DNA of 64,000 nt from Hydrolagus colliei. Its lineage: Eukaryota. The notes beneath the pieces were generated by a model, which made no database searches, was not told the origin of the DNA, and saw only the letters and a program-made list of their open reading frames with translations. Positions 12,276 to 26,500 of this stretch are shown here, piece by piece (position 1 is the stretch's first letter; each line of letters begins with the position of its first letter). Position numbers and translations under genes: made by a program. The DNA lies in NCBI GenBank assembly GCA_035084275.1, contig CM068742.1, positions 54,312,001-54,376,000 on the forward strand, given 5' to 3'.

Positions 12276-15177
12276 GTAAGCCCTCAGCTTCCTTACTCGT
12301 GTCATGTGGTGTGCATGCAACATCTGGTGTGCTTACTTTGTAATTCCCTGGCAGATGCCCTCTGCCCCGTCGAGCCGAGCTCAGGAACTCAAAAGATTCA
12401 CACCGGCTACACAGTCAAGATAGAAAGCATCGGTTGGGAAGAGGATTTGCATTTTTGTGCCAAAGAGATTATCTCGGATCTTGTAAACTCAATCACAAAC
12501 TGCACTCATGAAAGTTTCAGTTTGTTCCTGAACAGAACAGTTTTTTTCCAGCTGAATACAACAGTTGTTATTGTTTACAAATATGTGAACACTTGATTGC
12601 TATTCGGTTATATCATCGTTCATGACCTCCCCATGTTTTGCCGACTGACTTAAATTCAAGCCCCAGAAATCAGAGGTAAATTGTTATTCCTCAAATTATA
12701 ATAATAATAATCTTGGCATTTGAAATAGTACCGGTCAGAAGGATATATTAAAGAGATTTGCGGGATTTACTGTAAGATGTAGTGACTATATTTTGTAAGC
12801 AACTGGCATTCAAGTGTGAATAAGATCAATAAACTCAAAATCTAATAGTGGTCAAAGGAGGCGTCAGACTCATAAACATTATCATGAAGACAGGAAAGGG
12901 GAGGGATCGCCCACCTGTGAGACAGTTTTTAATTGTTGATTGTCTCGACTGTTTAGCAAGGTTGGAAAAAATATTGCCAGTGATAATTATCACATCTTAC
13001 ATACCAATTTTTCTCACAATTTGACACCACTGCTTTGAATTGGCAGCTCACTCAAATTCAAATGAGCAGTATTGCTCCCCTCACCCTTTTTGGTCAGCCA
13101 AGTGTCTGACCCGTGTAAAATCCATCACCATGCTTACGTGTATCTATATCAGACTGAGAGTTCCATCCATGTCACCTACACATGGAAACTTCCCTGTATC
13201 AGGAAAGGAGTGCACACCTTCTTTCTGTAGGTAAGCAGTTTGCCAACATAATCCAGGAGACTATTAGGCACAGATTAGCAAGAGGCTACTAGACCCCTAA
13301 GTGTGCGTTGGGATACTGCTGAAGTTTAACCATCTGAAACCCAAATAAAGTGGCATAGAGAGCATTGTATTGCAAGCTTTCTGCTGTTTGGCCATCTAGG
13401 AACACCCTTTAAGGCTTGTTGGGTTAACCAGAGTTGAATGGGTATAAATCCTGCTCCTCACTACTATAGTGATCTGCGCACAAACTCCAATTCTTTGGTG
13501 CCACAATGAAATTAAGTGCCAATTATGAGTTTGGTGTATCTGTGGAGGAATCATTAGGAAGGAGAGTGTTTCCTGCTTTGGGCATTCAGTTTCTCTTGTG
13601 GGCTAAGTCTATTTGTCTGTGTTTCATGATTTATCCCGTGCCTTTCTAAACCACAGTTTGAAGAGTGCAAACAGTTCAATTACAAGAAATGAATAGGAGA
13701 GAGAGACCGAACCAGAATGCAAAATGTTGTGATGAGTCCAGCAAGTCATGCTAGTAGGGCCTCTGAGAGTGAGGTCTTCAAAGGAAAGCGGGAGGAGATT
13801 CTTGGATTAGGCGAATGTGATAGATGAGTTTGTTAACAGTTTCCCCCCTTTGATATACCAGAACCAAGAATAAACAAACAATCAGAGGGAAACTAAAAGC
13901 CCTCATTTAGATGGATGGTCCCTCACTGGGCGGGTGGCCTTGCCTGCTGGTACTAATATTCACTGAAGAGTGTGTGGAGATGGATGGGGTGGTGTAGATG
14001 CTAAAGTTACTAAGCCTTACTCTACCGAGAAAACAGGTGGACATTGCCAGCAGATAATACATTATCTTTAAGGAGTAAAGTGATCTCTCCACCGCCCCCA
14101 TCTCATCTTCCACTTCCCCTCCCTTTGATGACTGACCTGCAAGTAGCAAGGCTGAAGTGAGTTCTAACCAGAAGCAAAATCTCAGAACAGATTCATTCAG
14201 CTATGGATGGGTTTCTTTAGTTAACTCGTCATTCATAGGTGGGCTTGACACCAAGAGAGGCTTTAATGTTCCAAACTTCCATATTGTATCTCTCACCCTC
14301 ATGGGCTAAGTCATAGCATAATGTACATCTTACCCTCATGTACCTCTGTGTTGTTCATTCTAGTATATCTACTCAGCTCCCCATATCGCCTACCATTATG
14401 TACCTACTCTATCTCCCGACTATTTGTCGTTCTCAGGTCCATTGTCCAACTCCTCTGTATCTCCGTGTCTCTCATTTTCATTCACACTATGTTGTGCAGA
14501 CACAATGACATTGTATTTCCAAGCCTGGAAAGCTCCCCTGGTATCAGTCAGTTGGCCTGTCTTCCTCTCTTGTCTCCCATGATCCTGTAGATGTTTCACC
14601 ATAACGAGATTTTACCTGTGTGTCAGGAATCTTTGGAAGCTTTCAGCCCAGAAGCTTGGATAAATCCCCAGTTGCCTTTTAACAGTCTGTCTTCAGCTTG
14701 CTCGCACATGCTTTTGCCATTTACTGTGCGGAGCAGCTGGGAAAACGTGAACAAGTTGTTAGCTTGCAGCGTGAAGTGTACAGATGCTGATGGGGCACGG
14801 TTATAAAACTGACACTCAGCTTAATCTCCCTTATGGGAGTCTTAGATTAAAGAGGTGAAACGGTTGAAGTTTGGACCTGCTATGTTTTATGCAATAGTAG
14901 AAAAGCAGGCTTAGGATACAATTTTTTCTTTAAAAAGCTTCGCAAAATTCAAAAAGTATCATTCAAAATGCTTTAAAAAATTCATGGATTTACATGGGCA
15001 TAGACTGTTACAGCATGTAATAGGTAAATCTGACGAACTACCCCATGCCAATGTTTCTAAGCCTCTATGTAGGATTCCATCTTTTCTAAACCCCTTTCCT
15101 CACTCTCCCTCTATTTCCTTTCCCTCATCTATGGTGGCAAATAAAATTTTAAAAAGCCTTTGTTAACTTTTGTTCGT

Positions 15178-15444
15178 GGAGTCCTGTAGCATATTGGTTA
15201 GCGAACTCGCCTCACCAGGGGAAGGACACGAGTTTGATACCTGGGCAGGACAAAACCTTTTTCCAAAATGTGTTCACTCAATCCATGACTGTTTATGGGA
15301 CACTGCTGTGTGAAATTGGCTTCCACATTTCGCCTGCCAAATATACACTCAATTCACTTTACAGTAATATTTTGTGAGACGCTTTGATTTGCCTCAACTG
15401 TGTGATCAGATGTTAAATCAAATGCAAGGATTATTATCATTATT
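15178..15444 (+). mobile_element. tRNA-head/Deu-core/L2-tail SINE, diverged
   Basis: A-box-like tagcatattggttagc, B-box-like gagtttgatacc, core gggacactgctgtg..aattggct, tail aaatgcaaggattattat. Confidence 0.8.
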
Positions 15445-18400
15445 TTTTATAACCTGACTCTGAGGGCTGTTCTGAGCTTCTACTGTCTGGAGAGCACCCA
15501 CTTGGATAAGGTAGAGGAGGGCATCTGTTGCGCACAGATTAAGAGTGTACTCCCAGCATGATCCACAGTCTTCAGGAGGGGAGAATACAGGAGGGAGATG
15601 TGTTCACTTTGACACTACTGTATTTCGCTTTGTGTCCTAAATGATGTCCCTTCATGGGCTTGACAGAAGTGACCCTACCCACAGTAAAGAAAGAGCTTGC
15701 ATGTTAAAACACCTTCCCATATAATTTCACAGCTAATTTCGATCAAGCTTGCCTTCACATAGGATAATGCTTCATAGCACTGTACAAAGACAGGGTTGAA
15801 CATCAAACAGGTGTGGGCGACGAGAAGGGAGAAGTGACCTTAGGCATGGTGAAAGATTTTAAGATTGGACTTAAACAAAGTTAGATCAGGGACAAGGGAG
15901 AGGGAAGGAATTCCAAAGATTGGAAGATTAGACTCTGAAAATGACTGTATTTCAGCAACCATTTATAACGACAACGATCCATAAATAGCATTGATAACAA
16001 CAAATTACATTTGCGCAGTGCCTTTCACATTGGGAGAACTTCCCAAGGAGCTGGACTGTCAGGGATTTGCATGTACATAATCAATTAATTTGGAGGATCA
16101 TTGGCCAAAACACTATGAGAAACTCCCTTCTCTTTTCATATCGTGTCATGGAATGTTTAATTCGCATCTGAATAGGCAGAACCTTGATATAATTCCTCTT
16201 CTGACAATGTAGCACTCCCTCAGGATTGTACCCTACAGCCAGTGGTTAACCTGTCCATTGCTTATGGCACTAATATTTGGTCTGTTTCTATGGAAATTCA
16301 TGTAAACTGGCTAATTTAGTCTCTGGATTTGCGGTACCATCTGCAACAGAATACTCCACCCCAATGAGTAGTGAGAGAGGTTTGTGAAAATATACACTAT
16401 TTGCCTGATAAGTGTGTCAATTTTCATTAACCCACCACTCCCTAGTGTCTGTTGTGTATCACAAGGATGTGGTTTGTGTTCATTGTTGTCTGGATCTTGT
16501 TGACAGTTTATCTGTGTTAGTGGATATACTTAGCTCCACCCTATTGCCCAGCCCCCGTCCATCCACTTCTGCTAGTCTATTATTCACTTCCGCTCCTGTC
16601 TCTTTCCCAACTTGTTCTCTGGTCTTGTGTGGGCCTGTCTTGCCTTGTATCCCTGGCCCATGCTGCTGTGCTCAATCCAGTTTGATTGCACAGCAACGGG
16701 GAAACCTGTAATGGAAAATATATTAACGGGGATGAGTTGAGATAACTCACTCCGAGATAGTGCCTGAAGGCCGATGTTTCACATGTCTCACTTTTCACAT
16801 AACATGTCTCCAGCTTCTTTGCCATATATTTGATGGAAGGGGAGAGTTGCAGCTGGGTATGAGACATACAGGGAATGGTGAGAAATCTGAGTTTGTCACA
16901 AGCTGATTCACTCCTCTGAGAGCTGACGAGTGCTATGGCGATACATTGACCATCACTTCTGAATAGTTTACCTCCCAATAATCTGCCTTGTCCTGTCATT
17001 ATTCCCTGTGCATATGTTTCGGGAGGAGGGGTTTGGTCCGCTGGGTATCTGGGAAACCCATCACCATGCTTAACAGTATCCAAACCAAACTGGGAAATCC
17101 ATGCATCTCACCTGCACATGGAACTTTCAGAGATAAATTGCTGCCATTATGCTCTGTAATGCGGGGATTCACTAGTGGGGCAGAATAATGCTTAATTGTG
17201 AATAGCTCTGCCCTGATCAGGATGACAAGGGAAAACAAGAACAACATTTTGCATTTATACATTGCCTTTCATGTTTTCATGTCAGGAGAAACGTAAAAGC
17301 GTTTGACTGGGAGTCGCGGGATGGGTGGGTGGGAGGAGGTAGTAGGGAAATGGATAGGAGAGAAGGTAGGTGCCCAAAAGCACAGTAAAAAAAAGTAACC
17401 GGTTTTGTACCAGCTTTGTTCGTTTGGGCAGGATGGGTCAATCTGGATCACTTTCGCACACATACATCTTCCAGTGGCTTTTATGAGACCTGATACTAAA
17501 CTTCTGGGTAGCACACTTAGCCATAGTACATTAAGCAGGGTAGCATCTAATAGAAAGGGAGAGAGGAGAATATAAGCTTATTGTGTGTCATTAACTAGAC
17601 CAGCATGGGTATCTCAGCTAAGGACACTTGATGTGATCAACTCACCTGGAATGAATTAGATCTGACTTTAATGGGCACTGTTTGTTTTAGTAAGTTTGGA
17701 ATTTTTGAGGAAAGTGTGTGAACCTTTGAATGGAAGGAGTTACATTACCAATGAGGCATGACAAAGGAAGGATTTGGTTTTCCTCTCCGTATGCTTTGAT
17801 CAAAGTCATGCAAATTTCTGTTCGCGTTCTCGTTGTGTTCCAGAAAAATTGTGGCCGATTGCAGATGGATAAGAGGAGGATTGGTGATTATACAGAGGAG
17901 AGAAACATATGAATTTGATTTGACTTGCTTTCTTAATAAACAGAGAATACGTCTGCATTGTTGGAATCCTTTTGTAGTGCTGTAATCTAAGCTTGAGTCT
18001 AGTGTTTTTCCTTCTTTCATCGTATCTGGGTGTTGTGAGTGAATCACTGTTATCTAGATAAATCCTACACAAATAGATTGTGCAGATGCAGAAGCCACTA
18101 TGTTAAGTAAGGGATCAGAGAGGGGTGGAAAGACGGGGGCGGTGGGGTGGTGACGAGATTGCTGATAACTCTGGTCTGGTTCTCATTCACTCCAGATAAG
18201 TGTTGTGAAAGTCCACTGAATGTTCTCATTCTCTTGTGGGAAGGTAAACTAATGATAAGTATCTGGAAGAGAGGAAGGACTGTTGACCGGCCAAGGCTGT
18301 AGCTCTAATTCTCAACATAGTAGATCTGCACTAAACCTAGTGACATTGAGCTATTTTAGAAATGTTTTATACGGAGTTAGTTAGTGCAGACCTTTCCTTT

Positions 18401-18834
18401 CTGAACTCCACTGTAGAATTTTAAAAAGACGCGAATCATCCGTATCTCTTTCAATTAAAATGAATTTGTTAAGCCCTTTGGCGGTGAATGGTTTTGTCCT
18501 GTTAACTGCACGTGCAGTTGAATAACCATGTGAAGAGTTTGAAATTATTAATGTGAGGAAGGAACAAAATAAGAATGTTGACTGGCTTCCAGCAAATGGT
18601 TATGAAAAGCTTATTGCACATAGGGGGAAAAAGGTGTGCAATGTGATACGATAATTACCACCCACAATAACAACAACAACAACTTTGATTTATATAGCAC
18701 CCTCCATGTCAGACGGCGTCTCAGAGCACTTTGCTAATTATCATAACTGATATGATGCATTTCCCCTCATGCTGGCAGTATTGAGAATAAAGATGATTTA
18801 AAAAGGGCGATTTAGGGGTACTTATTTTCTTTTC

Positions 18835-18869
18835 TCCCTCCCTCCCTCCCTCCCTCCCTCCCTCCCTCC
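18835..18869. repeat. (CCCT)n microsatellite
   Basis: Direct reading. Confidence 0.9.
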
Positions 18870-18997
18870 ATACCCCCACTCACCCCACATACCCATGTAG
18901 ATGTTGATTTAGAAAAGCATTTCTTTCTTTACAATGGTAAAATTGCTTGTCAGTAGGCTTAGAATTGAACAGCGGCATTTGTCTATGTAACAATACA

Positions 18998-19135
18998 ATA
19001 ATAATATTTACATTTGACACAGCATTCTTATCACATCGAGACATCTCAAAGCTCTTTGCATGCTGTAAAGTGTGTGACTGTGAACAAATGCGGCAGCCAA
19101 TTTGCGTACAGCAATGTCCCACAAACACAAATAGT
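18998..19135 (-). mobile_element. Partial Deu-core SINE
   Basis: gcggcagccaatttgcgtacagcaatgtcccacaaaca core with diverged tail. Confidence 0.7.
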
Positions 19136-20329
19136 GGGCGTTTGTCCATATTTGCTTTCAAAAACCAGAGATATCTAAAATGGAGCAATTTGTAAGGATT
19201 TGAGGAAAAGGTTAGTAATTTCAACTCAATGGATTGCTCTTTGATATAGCCCAAAACAGAAACCATGGGGCTGAATAGTGTCACTCTGTGCTGTAGAGTC
19301 GTATCATTCAAAAATGAATAAGGAAACATAAATGTTCAGTACAGACACAGGCCATTAAGCCTATCAAGTCCATCTGCTACTTGTATAACTAAATTCACCC
19401 TATTTTTATTAATCCTATTTTGTAGCTGTTTCTTCACATAGCCTAATATTTTTACAGCTCGCACGGTGTGAAATTGTTGCCTTGAAGGGGGATGATAAGG
19501 TCAAGGAGAGAAATAGAAGAGGAAAAAAGTTGCATTTAAAATATTCAAGCAGTGGCAGTGGAGAGGATTCCTAGACCCTGATGGTTCTCTGTGCTTTAAA
19601 CGGAACCTTCTTGGCTTTGCAGCACTGAGCAAGCTGAGTGCAGGGTAAAATATGCCATCTTCACAAAAGGATTTGTAACTAATGAATCTCGGGTGTGTTG
19701 GAGCCAATGAACTCTGCTCAAATGTTAACTTCACAGGAACAAAAATTGAGATCCAGTTGCATTTTCCACCCTTGTCCCGCCGAGTCTCCTTTAATCCAAA
19801 CAATTTGACTCAGTTGGTTTCACTCTCCCTTCTGAGTCAGGAGGTTGTGAGTTCAAGTCAGGTCAAGACTTGGAACTGAAAAGACACTCCAATGTAGTGC
19901 CATCCTTTGATGATGAAGACCCTTTCTGCCTCTTCAGATGGATGCTAAAGATCCCTCGGCACTATTTGTAAACAGTTGGTAGTTTTGGCCGGAGTCCTCA
20001 CCAACAATTTCCCAGATAAAATTGGTTGCTATCTTCATGGCTGTTTATGAAATATTGCTGTGTGCACATTGTTCACCTGCAATACACATTACAAATTTAC
20101 TTTTAGATGTAGAAATTCACCTCAGAAGTATATCAACAACAACTTAAAAAGCGCCCCTGATGCAGGGTAGATTCCAAAGGGTCCCATGTCCTAAGTTGCT
20201 TGCCTAGAAGATAAATTCACAGCATTTTATAGTAAATCCTGTAAAACACTTTGAGACATCCTCCTGATGTCACTTTGAGACATCCTTCTGGTATATCACA
20301 TCACAAAATTGGTTTGGATGAAGAAGGTC

Positions 20330-20545
20330 CTCAGCCCATCTGATCTCATGCCTCCAGAACACCCAGCCTACCATTCCCCCAAACTGTATCAAGCTGCTTT
20401 TTAAATGAGTCCAGTATCCCAACGTCTACCACCTGGCAACCTGTTCCAGTCATTGATTTCCCTCTGTGCAAAGAAAAACTTCCTCTATCTGTCTTGAAAT
20501 TGACCTTCACAAATGTAAATCTGTATCCTCTTGTTCTATTGTCAA
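20330..20545 (-). mobile_element. CR1-type LINE 3' fragment
   Basis: ORF 20346..20552 contains RTRG...VVDVGILDSFKKQLD, typical of the CR1 ORF2 C-terminus. Confidence 0.7.
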
Positions 20546-21903
20546 AATACATTAAAAAAAATATTGACCTGGGCTTACTAAAATGTATGGATTTTTTTTT
20601 TTTTGCAACTTGACCCCTCCTTCATTCTGAAGGAAAATTTAAACAACCAAAGCACTCAACAGCAAGAAACAATACAATCACACATCGCCAAAAGTGCCAC
20701 ACATGCAGTGAGTGGCATTTCATCCCAAATATGGTTATGAAGCAGCTGCTGGTTTGGTGTTGACTAGACAGGATAGATGGTTTCATAAAATAGTGGTAGA
20801 CAGGTCGTGCTTTATGTGAGATTGTGTTTGATTCCTCTCGACAGTCTCAAGTGTAATCCTCATCAGAACAGGTTTCCAGGTTCATCCTGTACTTGATATG
20901 TTCTCGGATGTTTATTGTAATAATCTCTCTTCTGACAGCTTTGCCATTGTTGAATTTCTTCCTTTATAAGTCACCAATACTATTCAAGCAGTTACTGGCT
21001 TGCAATCGATGGTAGGCAAGCTTGAAGCCATTCTTCCCCACTCCCTGGAACGGAAACCCCCCATAATCCTTCCAATCCTTCCCTGATGAATCTTAATTTA
21101 GTCTAAAACCTATTTCAGTTACTGAAACTCATCTCCACCCCATATGATGCATTTAAAATTTTATTACTATGCTGCCAATTCCAATAACCATCCACAGACA
21201 TACATACAGATACATACACACACCCGCATACAGATACGCAGACATACGCACAATTCCGTGATAGTTCATTTGTCATAGAGATAATCTTGGAGTCGGTAAC
21301 TTGAAGTGAATCACAGTCCAAAGTGGGAACAGATTCTTGTCCCAGCAAGGATGAGAAGTGAATCATAGTCTGATATGCGAGGACACTGCTCTCCAAGCAA
21401 TCATGTGGAATGAGAACAGTTTGAATCAACAATTAACCCACTGTTTCCTCAGGCTCTCGTATGAATGCTCACCAGCCCACCACTCCTAGCACACACCCCG
21501 CCAGACCATGCTGTCCTTACAGTGCCCAAGTGGACTTTGACTCGGTTTGGATTTTGGAGCAGGATAGCTTTTTCACTATATTCTGATAGTGAATAAGCTA
21601 ACTGATATTCTATGGTCATCCTTGTTCAGCCATTTACAGTGTGTGATATGGACACACGTTAGTGACCAGGACAAATGGCTAGATTACACGTTTGTCTACA
21701 AAATAGCCATTTACAAAACATTATAGTAAATCGTGTGAAGCTCTTTGAAACATCCTCCTTAGGAAAGTGGCTATATCAAAGGCAAAGATTATTCTTACTA
21801 CTGATTATTATGTGACATGGATGGAGGCTGAGCACAGACCACCACTGCATTGCGCTTCAGTGAAGGAATACATTTTCAACATCAAATTATGCTTTCTCCA
21901 CAG

Positions 21904-21975
21904 ACGTCTGGAGCAGAATTCAATCAAATCCATCCCTCCTGGAACCTTCTCCCCCTACAAGAGATTGCGAAGAAT
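21904..21975 (+). CDS. SLIT2: SLIT2 exon ~10 (72 nt): [24 protein letters not shown]
   Basis: ctccacag|A...AT|gtaagt. Confidence 0.96.
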
Positions 21976-23514
21976 GTAAGTAGAGAGGGAAAAAAAACAA
22001 CTTTAGCAGATTATGTTCCATAAGAAACGCTTAGCTTTGAATAAATTGGGGGCAACATGCGGTATGTGATATTATCACAAGCATGTTTTCACGAGCAATT
22101 GTGTGGAGACAATAATGTTGGGTACACTCAGATTACAGCTTGTTCTCTTTTCAATTTGAAGATATTTTTCATTACATTAATGTGTATAAATCTTAGAGGT
22201 TAAATACTTCAGCCATTTTACATTAAAGAATAGCTGTAGTTAGAAATACTGTACAAAGTTTTGCCTCTCAGGGTGGATGACAAGTCTATTCCTGGGCCAG
22301 TCAGGTGATTCACCATCAGGAATCCTTTGGTTTTCTACTGACCCACTTTCAATGAGACATGATAAATCCTGGGGAGACCTTGCTTAACAACTCCTCCCCA
22401 TCCCCACCACCCCACCTTGTTGGTTTCTCAGAGCAGATATTTTTTAGACTTTAGTATCAGTTAAGAATCAAAATCGGTTTGATTGATTGTGAAGAATGCA
22501 ATTCCTTGGTATTAGAACTTGACTCCCTGGAATCTATTCAGATACTATCCCAAACTGGTTTGCTACTCTACCAACCGAATTTCCCCTCAAGACATTCCCC
22601 CAACTATCCATCCTGCAGAAGGCTGTGATATCTGCTGAGTAACCAGAAGCCTCCCCATAGCCCACCCAAGTGAGGTCATGCTTTGTGTGAGACCCTGGCC
22701 GTTCAGTGCTGGCAGGACATCAAAGGCAAGCCCAACTGTCTCAGCCAATGTGCACACACAAGGGATTTCCAGCACGTTTTGCAGTGAACTCTAGGTGGCT
22801 GTTTTCCTCCCTTATACAGAGTTGCTTTTGACTGACTGGTATATCTCAACCACCATACAGGCTGTTAGCAGTTAACTCATTGCAGCCCAGTAATCCAACA
22901 TAAAATTACTTGAACTTTGTGGTTCAGTGTCATTTAATGCATTCGCACATCAAAAGAAGCCATCTTCCAATAAGCATCTGAAGACGAACACTTTTTTCCA
23001 GCACTCCTGATACTTCCTATTAAGCAAATCAATATACAACTCACTTTAGTGCTTTACATTAAAAGATATCCAGTGTTTTTTTTTGCTGAATCCATTTGTT
23101 TTTATTCAGGAATATCCTGCTCCCAGTTCCGTGAGATGAAACAAAATGAATCATTTTTATGATGGAAAATTGTTACACAGCTGTGTTTCTCCCCCCCCCC
23201 CCCCCCACCACCCATCCCCCACCGTCCAATCAATTAAACTTTTATTTGTCACTCATTTTGATATCATCAAATCCCTTTCATGTGAAGTTTATTCCTTTGG
23301 GACTTCTTAAGGAAATGGCGGTAATATTTTACTAGCTGAATAATGCCATACTCTGAATGCTTTGGAACTCTCAGCAGAGAGCAGTAGTTATAAGTTGCAG
23401 GTAACTGAGAAAGAAGAGAGTCAAGACTCTCTAAATTTTAAAGGGGTCGTGTTTTACCCATGATCACATATGGAGCTGGCAACCTGGCAGAATGAAAAAA
23501 AATCTATGGTTACT

Positions 23515-23630
23515 CAACAACAACAATTTACATTTATAGAGCGCCTTTCACGTCGGGAGGACGTCCCAAGGTGCTGAAAACAACAACAAAATGTGTATTA
23601 ATAAAGTGCCTTTCACAGAGAGTACTGTTC
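23515..23630 (-). mobile_element. Two tandem L2-type 3' tails
   Basis: caacaacaacaatttacattt...gcgcctttcacgtcgggaggacgtcccaaggtgctg, followed by a second caacaacaaaatgt...gtgcctttcac. Confidence 0.7.
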
Positions 23631-24285
23631 ACAGCGGTGGGAACAAATAAAGTGGGAAAGGGAGGTGGCCATTGACATAGTTGAACAGGTAGGTTTTAAA
23701 GCAGGACTTAAGACAGATAATAATAATACTTGCATTTGATGCTATGATATTCAAGTCAGGGGAAGGTCTCAAAACACTTCACAGGATTTATTCTAAAGTG
23801 TAGTGGTGGTGTATTTTTAGGTAAACTTTTTTTGTAAATAGAGAGGCAGTAGGATGGAGAGTTGAGAGGGGGAATTCCGGAAGTAGGGGTATTTAATTGG
23901 AAAGTTGAGCCACTGATGGTGGCATTGGAAAGTATGGAAAGTCGCAGGAAGAGATCTTTCTGCAGTATATGGCTTTGTAAATAATAAACAAAACTCAGCT
24001 GAGTTCCTAGTGCATGGGCTTCAGTGAAAGGCCTTCACTGGTCTTATTACCTTATCTGAGGTTGTTTGGCTATAAAATATAGGATGGCGGGGCAGAGAGT
24101 AGCAGAAAAATAAGAAACAAATGCAAGCGTGGGTATTCACAGAGTGGGAAGCCATTCTAAGTGCTTCTGACCTGGTTTGGTAACTCTTATTAGGAGGGTA
24201 TACAGTAACTGATGTAACCAACAAACCCTTGGCACCTTATTGAATAGTTTAGATTAACCTTGTAATGTTCTCTTTGTCCTTTCAG

Positions 24286-24357
24286 AGACCTGAGCAACAA
24301 CCATATCTCTGAAATCGCACCGGATGCTTTCCAGGGATTAAGGTCACTTAACTCTCT
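24286..24357 (+). CDS. SLIT2: SLIT2 exon ~11 (72 nt): [24 protein letters not shown]
   Basis: cctttcag|A...CT|gtaagt. Confidence 0.96.
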
Positions 24358-25220
24358 GTAAGTTATTTACAAGCACATTTCAGGATAAGATTTTAGTGCG
24401 GTTGTTTCGAGTGTGTCGGTGTCCTGTGACATGCCATTTTTTAAAAAAAACGCCACTTGTTTGCTGTATGTTTTCCACTTTGTTTGCTGCTATTGTAATT
24501 TGTCATTTGTGAAAATTTATTGCAACAAATTCTATTTTGAAACTAACGGCAGAGTGTTGAGAGAGCTTCATAGAGGTTATTAGACACAATTGATCATTTT
24601 AATCCTGCGCGCCACTAGTTATCTTTTTCCCTTAAAATTAGTCGAACTCGGCATTGCTTAATGTGAATGTTTTGATTCCACCAACTGTGAGCAATAGCAA
24701 AAATACGTTAATGTAATTCAAAGACAGCGTGGAAATCTGGATCAACGGAAGCCTGTGAAGGGAGGTTGTCCTCATAACCCGCTGCACTCTTTAATATTTC
24801 CTTGTGACATGATTGCAGTGCTGCTCATTGCTCTGTAGGCTAAACCCAAAATAATTTGCTTTGGAGACTTCAGGTCTCCAGATTTTACTTCAATATCACA
24901 GCCACACTCAACAAGTGGAGTTGGTGTCTGAGGTTTGGGATATTGTTGCACATGGTCACATGAAAAAGAATCTGGTGGCATTGTACCAGAGTGTGATTTT
25001 TATTTCCTCTTTATGAATCTTTTTCTCTCTCCATCTCTCTTTCTACCGCCGTACACAGTGTTGTATTCTCTTGTTGGTCTGTTCCCAGACCCTTTTATTG
25101 CTATTCTCAATAAGCCTAATAGCTTTTACTATTGAACAGCTATTTTGATTCTTACCATTGTACCCTGCCCCCCAATGTGGGGGAAAGTGCCATACTCTGT
25201 GTTCACTGGCTCAGATCTCA

Positions 25221-25345
25221 ATAATAATAATAATAATATTAATCCTTGCATTTGATATAGCGCTTTTCACGTCTTCTAGACGTCTCAAAGCGCTTCACAG
25301 AATATCCTGTAAAATTTATTGATTGTATATTTGTGGGCGAAAAAC
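25221..25345 (-). mobile_element. 5'-truncated Deu-type SINE (3' part)
   Basis: (aat)n ccttgcatttgatatagcgcttttcac...gcgcttcacag. Confidence 0.8.
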
Positions 25346-26329
25346 CCGTTTGTGAGGATGATACAGACTAATCTAGCTCACCATTGCAGAACAGGTTCAA
25401 GGCACAAGCACTAACAATCGTCTTGCTTCACATCACCATCCAAGGTTGTTTGCACATCTGGAAAGGCAACTCATCCCTGATACTCATGTCCTATATTAAA
25501 TGCAAGGATTATTATTATGGACAATTGTCAATAAGCTTTTGTTTAAGTTGGACTGAACGTTTAACAATTGTTGTCTATCCATTTCTGCCGGTGTAGACAC
25601 TCCAGGGCTCGTTTAACCTGCTTCTTTGCCTTCACTAACAATATGCTCTGCAGAATCTAGCATCATTTACATGATACAAAAGCATGCTAAACTAACACGA
25701 ACAGCTGTTGGATTAAAGAACTGGTTATCTTGTGAAAACGTTTAAGGCCACTGCAACACAAACATAAGCATAATTTGAGGGCCAGCTGGGAGAGCTTTGA
25801 ATTGATGGGGCCAGACTAACCAGATGAGCATTATTTATAGTATATGGGTGATCAAAACAAAATACAGCACTTGAACTCATTTGAATCTGTGAAGGTATTC
25901 TGGAAGGAGATGGGCTGGAAGGCCTTCTTTAATTAAACTTGTGATGTCCTTTCAGTGCATGTTTGCGTTTGCCCTTATCTAGTAGTACAGATCGATGGAT
26001 CTTACCTTGGGGATGGGGTACTGATTAGTGTAAGGAGGTGTATTGCTGTGCAGCTCCCTCTGCAGTGATCTCAGAGCTACAGTCTGCTCATCAAGACCTT
26101 CACATGTTAACTATTTCCCCAAATAACTAAACGCTTTCAATTTGGCCCAAATAACAAAGCCACTTTAACTGGAAGGATCATTCAATTTCAATTTTCCGCC
26201 GCAATAGTTTGTTTTGAAACATTGTGATTTTTGAATGTAGGTTTAAATGCAGATTATTCTGGTGCTGGGTTATAGATTCATGATGATCATATTTGGCACA
26301 TTCCAAGCCGGATTTATCAAATTTAATAT

Positions 26330-26500
26330 GGATTTTTCAGAAAGAGATAGACAGATACTTGAGTCGTAGAGGTAAAAAGGAATGTAGCAAAAGGCTAGGG
26401 CAATGGAATTAAAAGATCTGCTAAAAACCTATTAAACTGGTGGAACAGTCTCAAATGGGCTGAATGGCCTCCTTCCTCCTGTTCCTATCTTCCTATATTT
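26330..26500 (+). mobile_element. CR1-type 3' end fragment
   Basis: gatgg/aatgggctgaatggcctccttcctcctgttcctat-type terminal motif; similar to 63300-63450. Confidence 0.55.

Noticed and set aside
16580-17083. 167-aa minus-strand ORF and the other intronic ORFs of 60-160 aa
   Set aside because: No recognisable protein motifs and lengths expected by chance; those with motifs are TE remnants or run through SLIT2 exons.
20247-20294. 24-nt tandem duplication cactttgagacatcct...
   Set aside because: Slippage within a decayed SINE tail; unremarkable.
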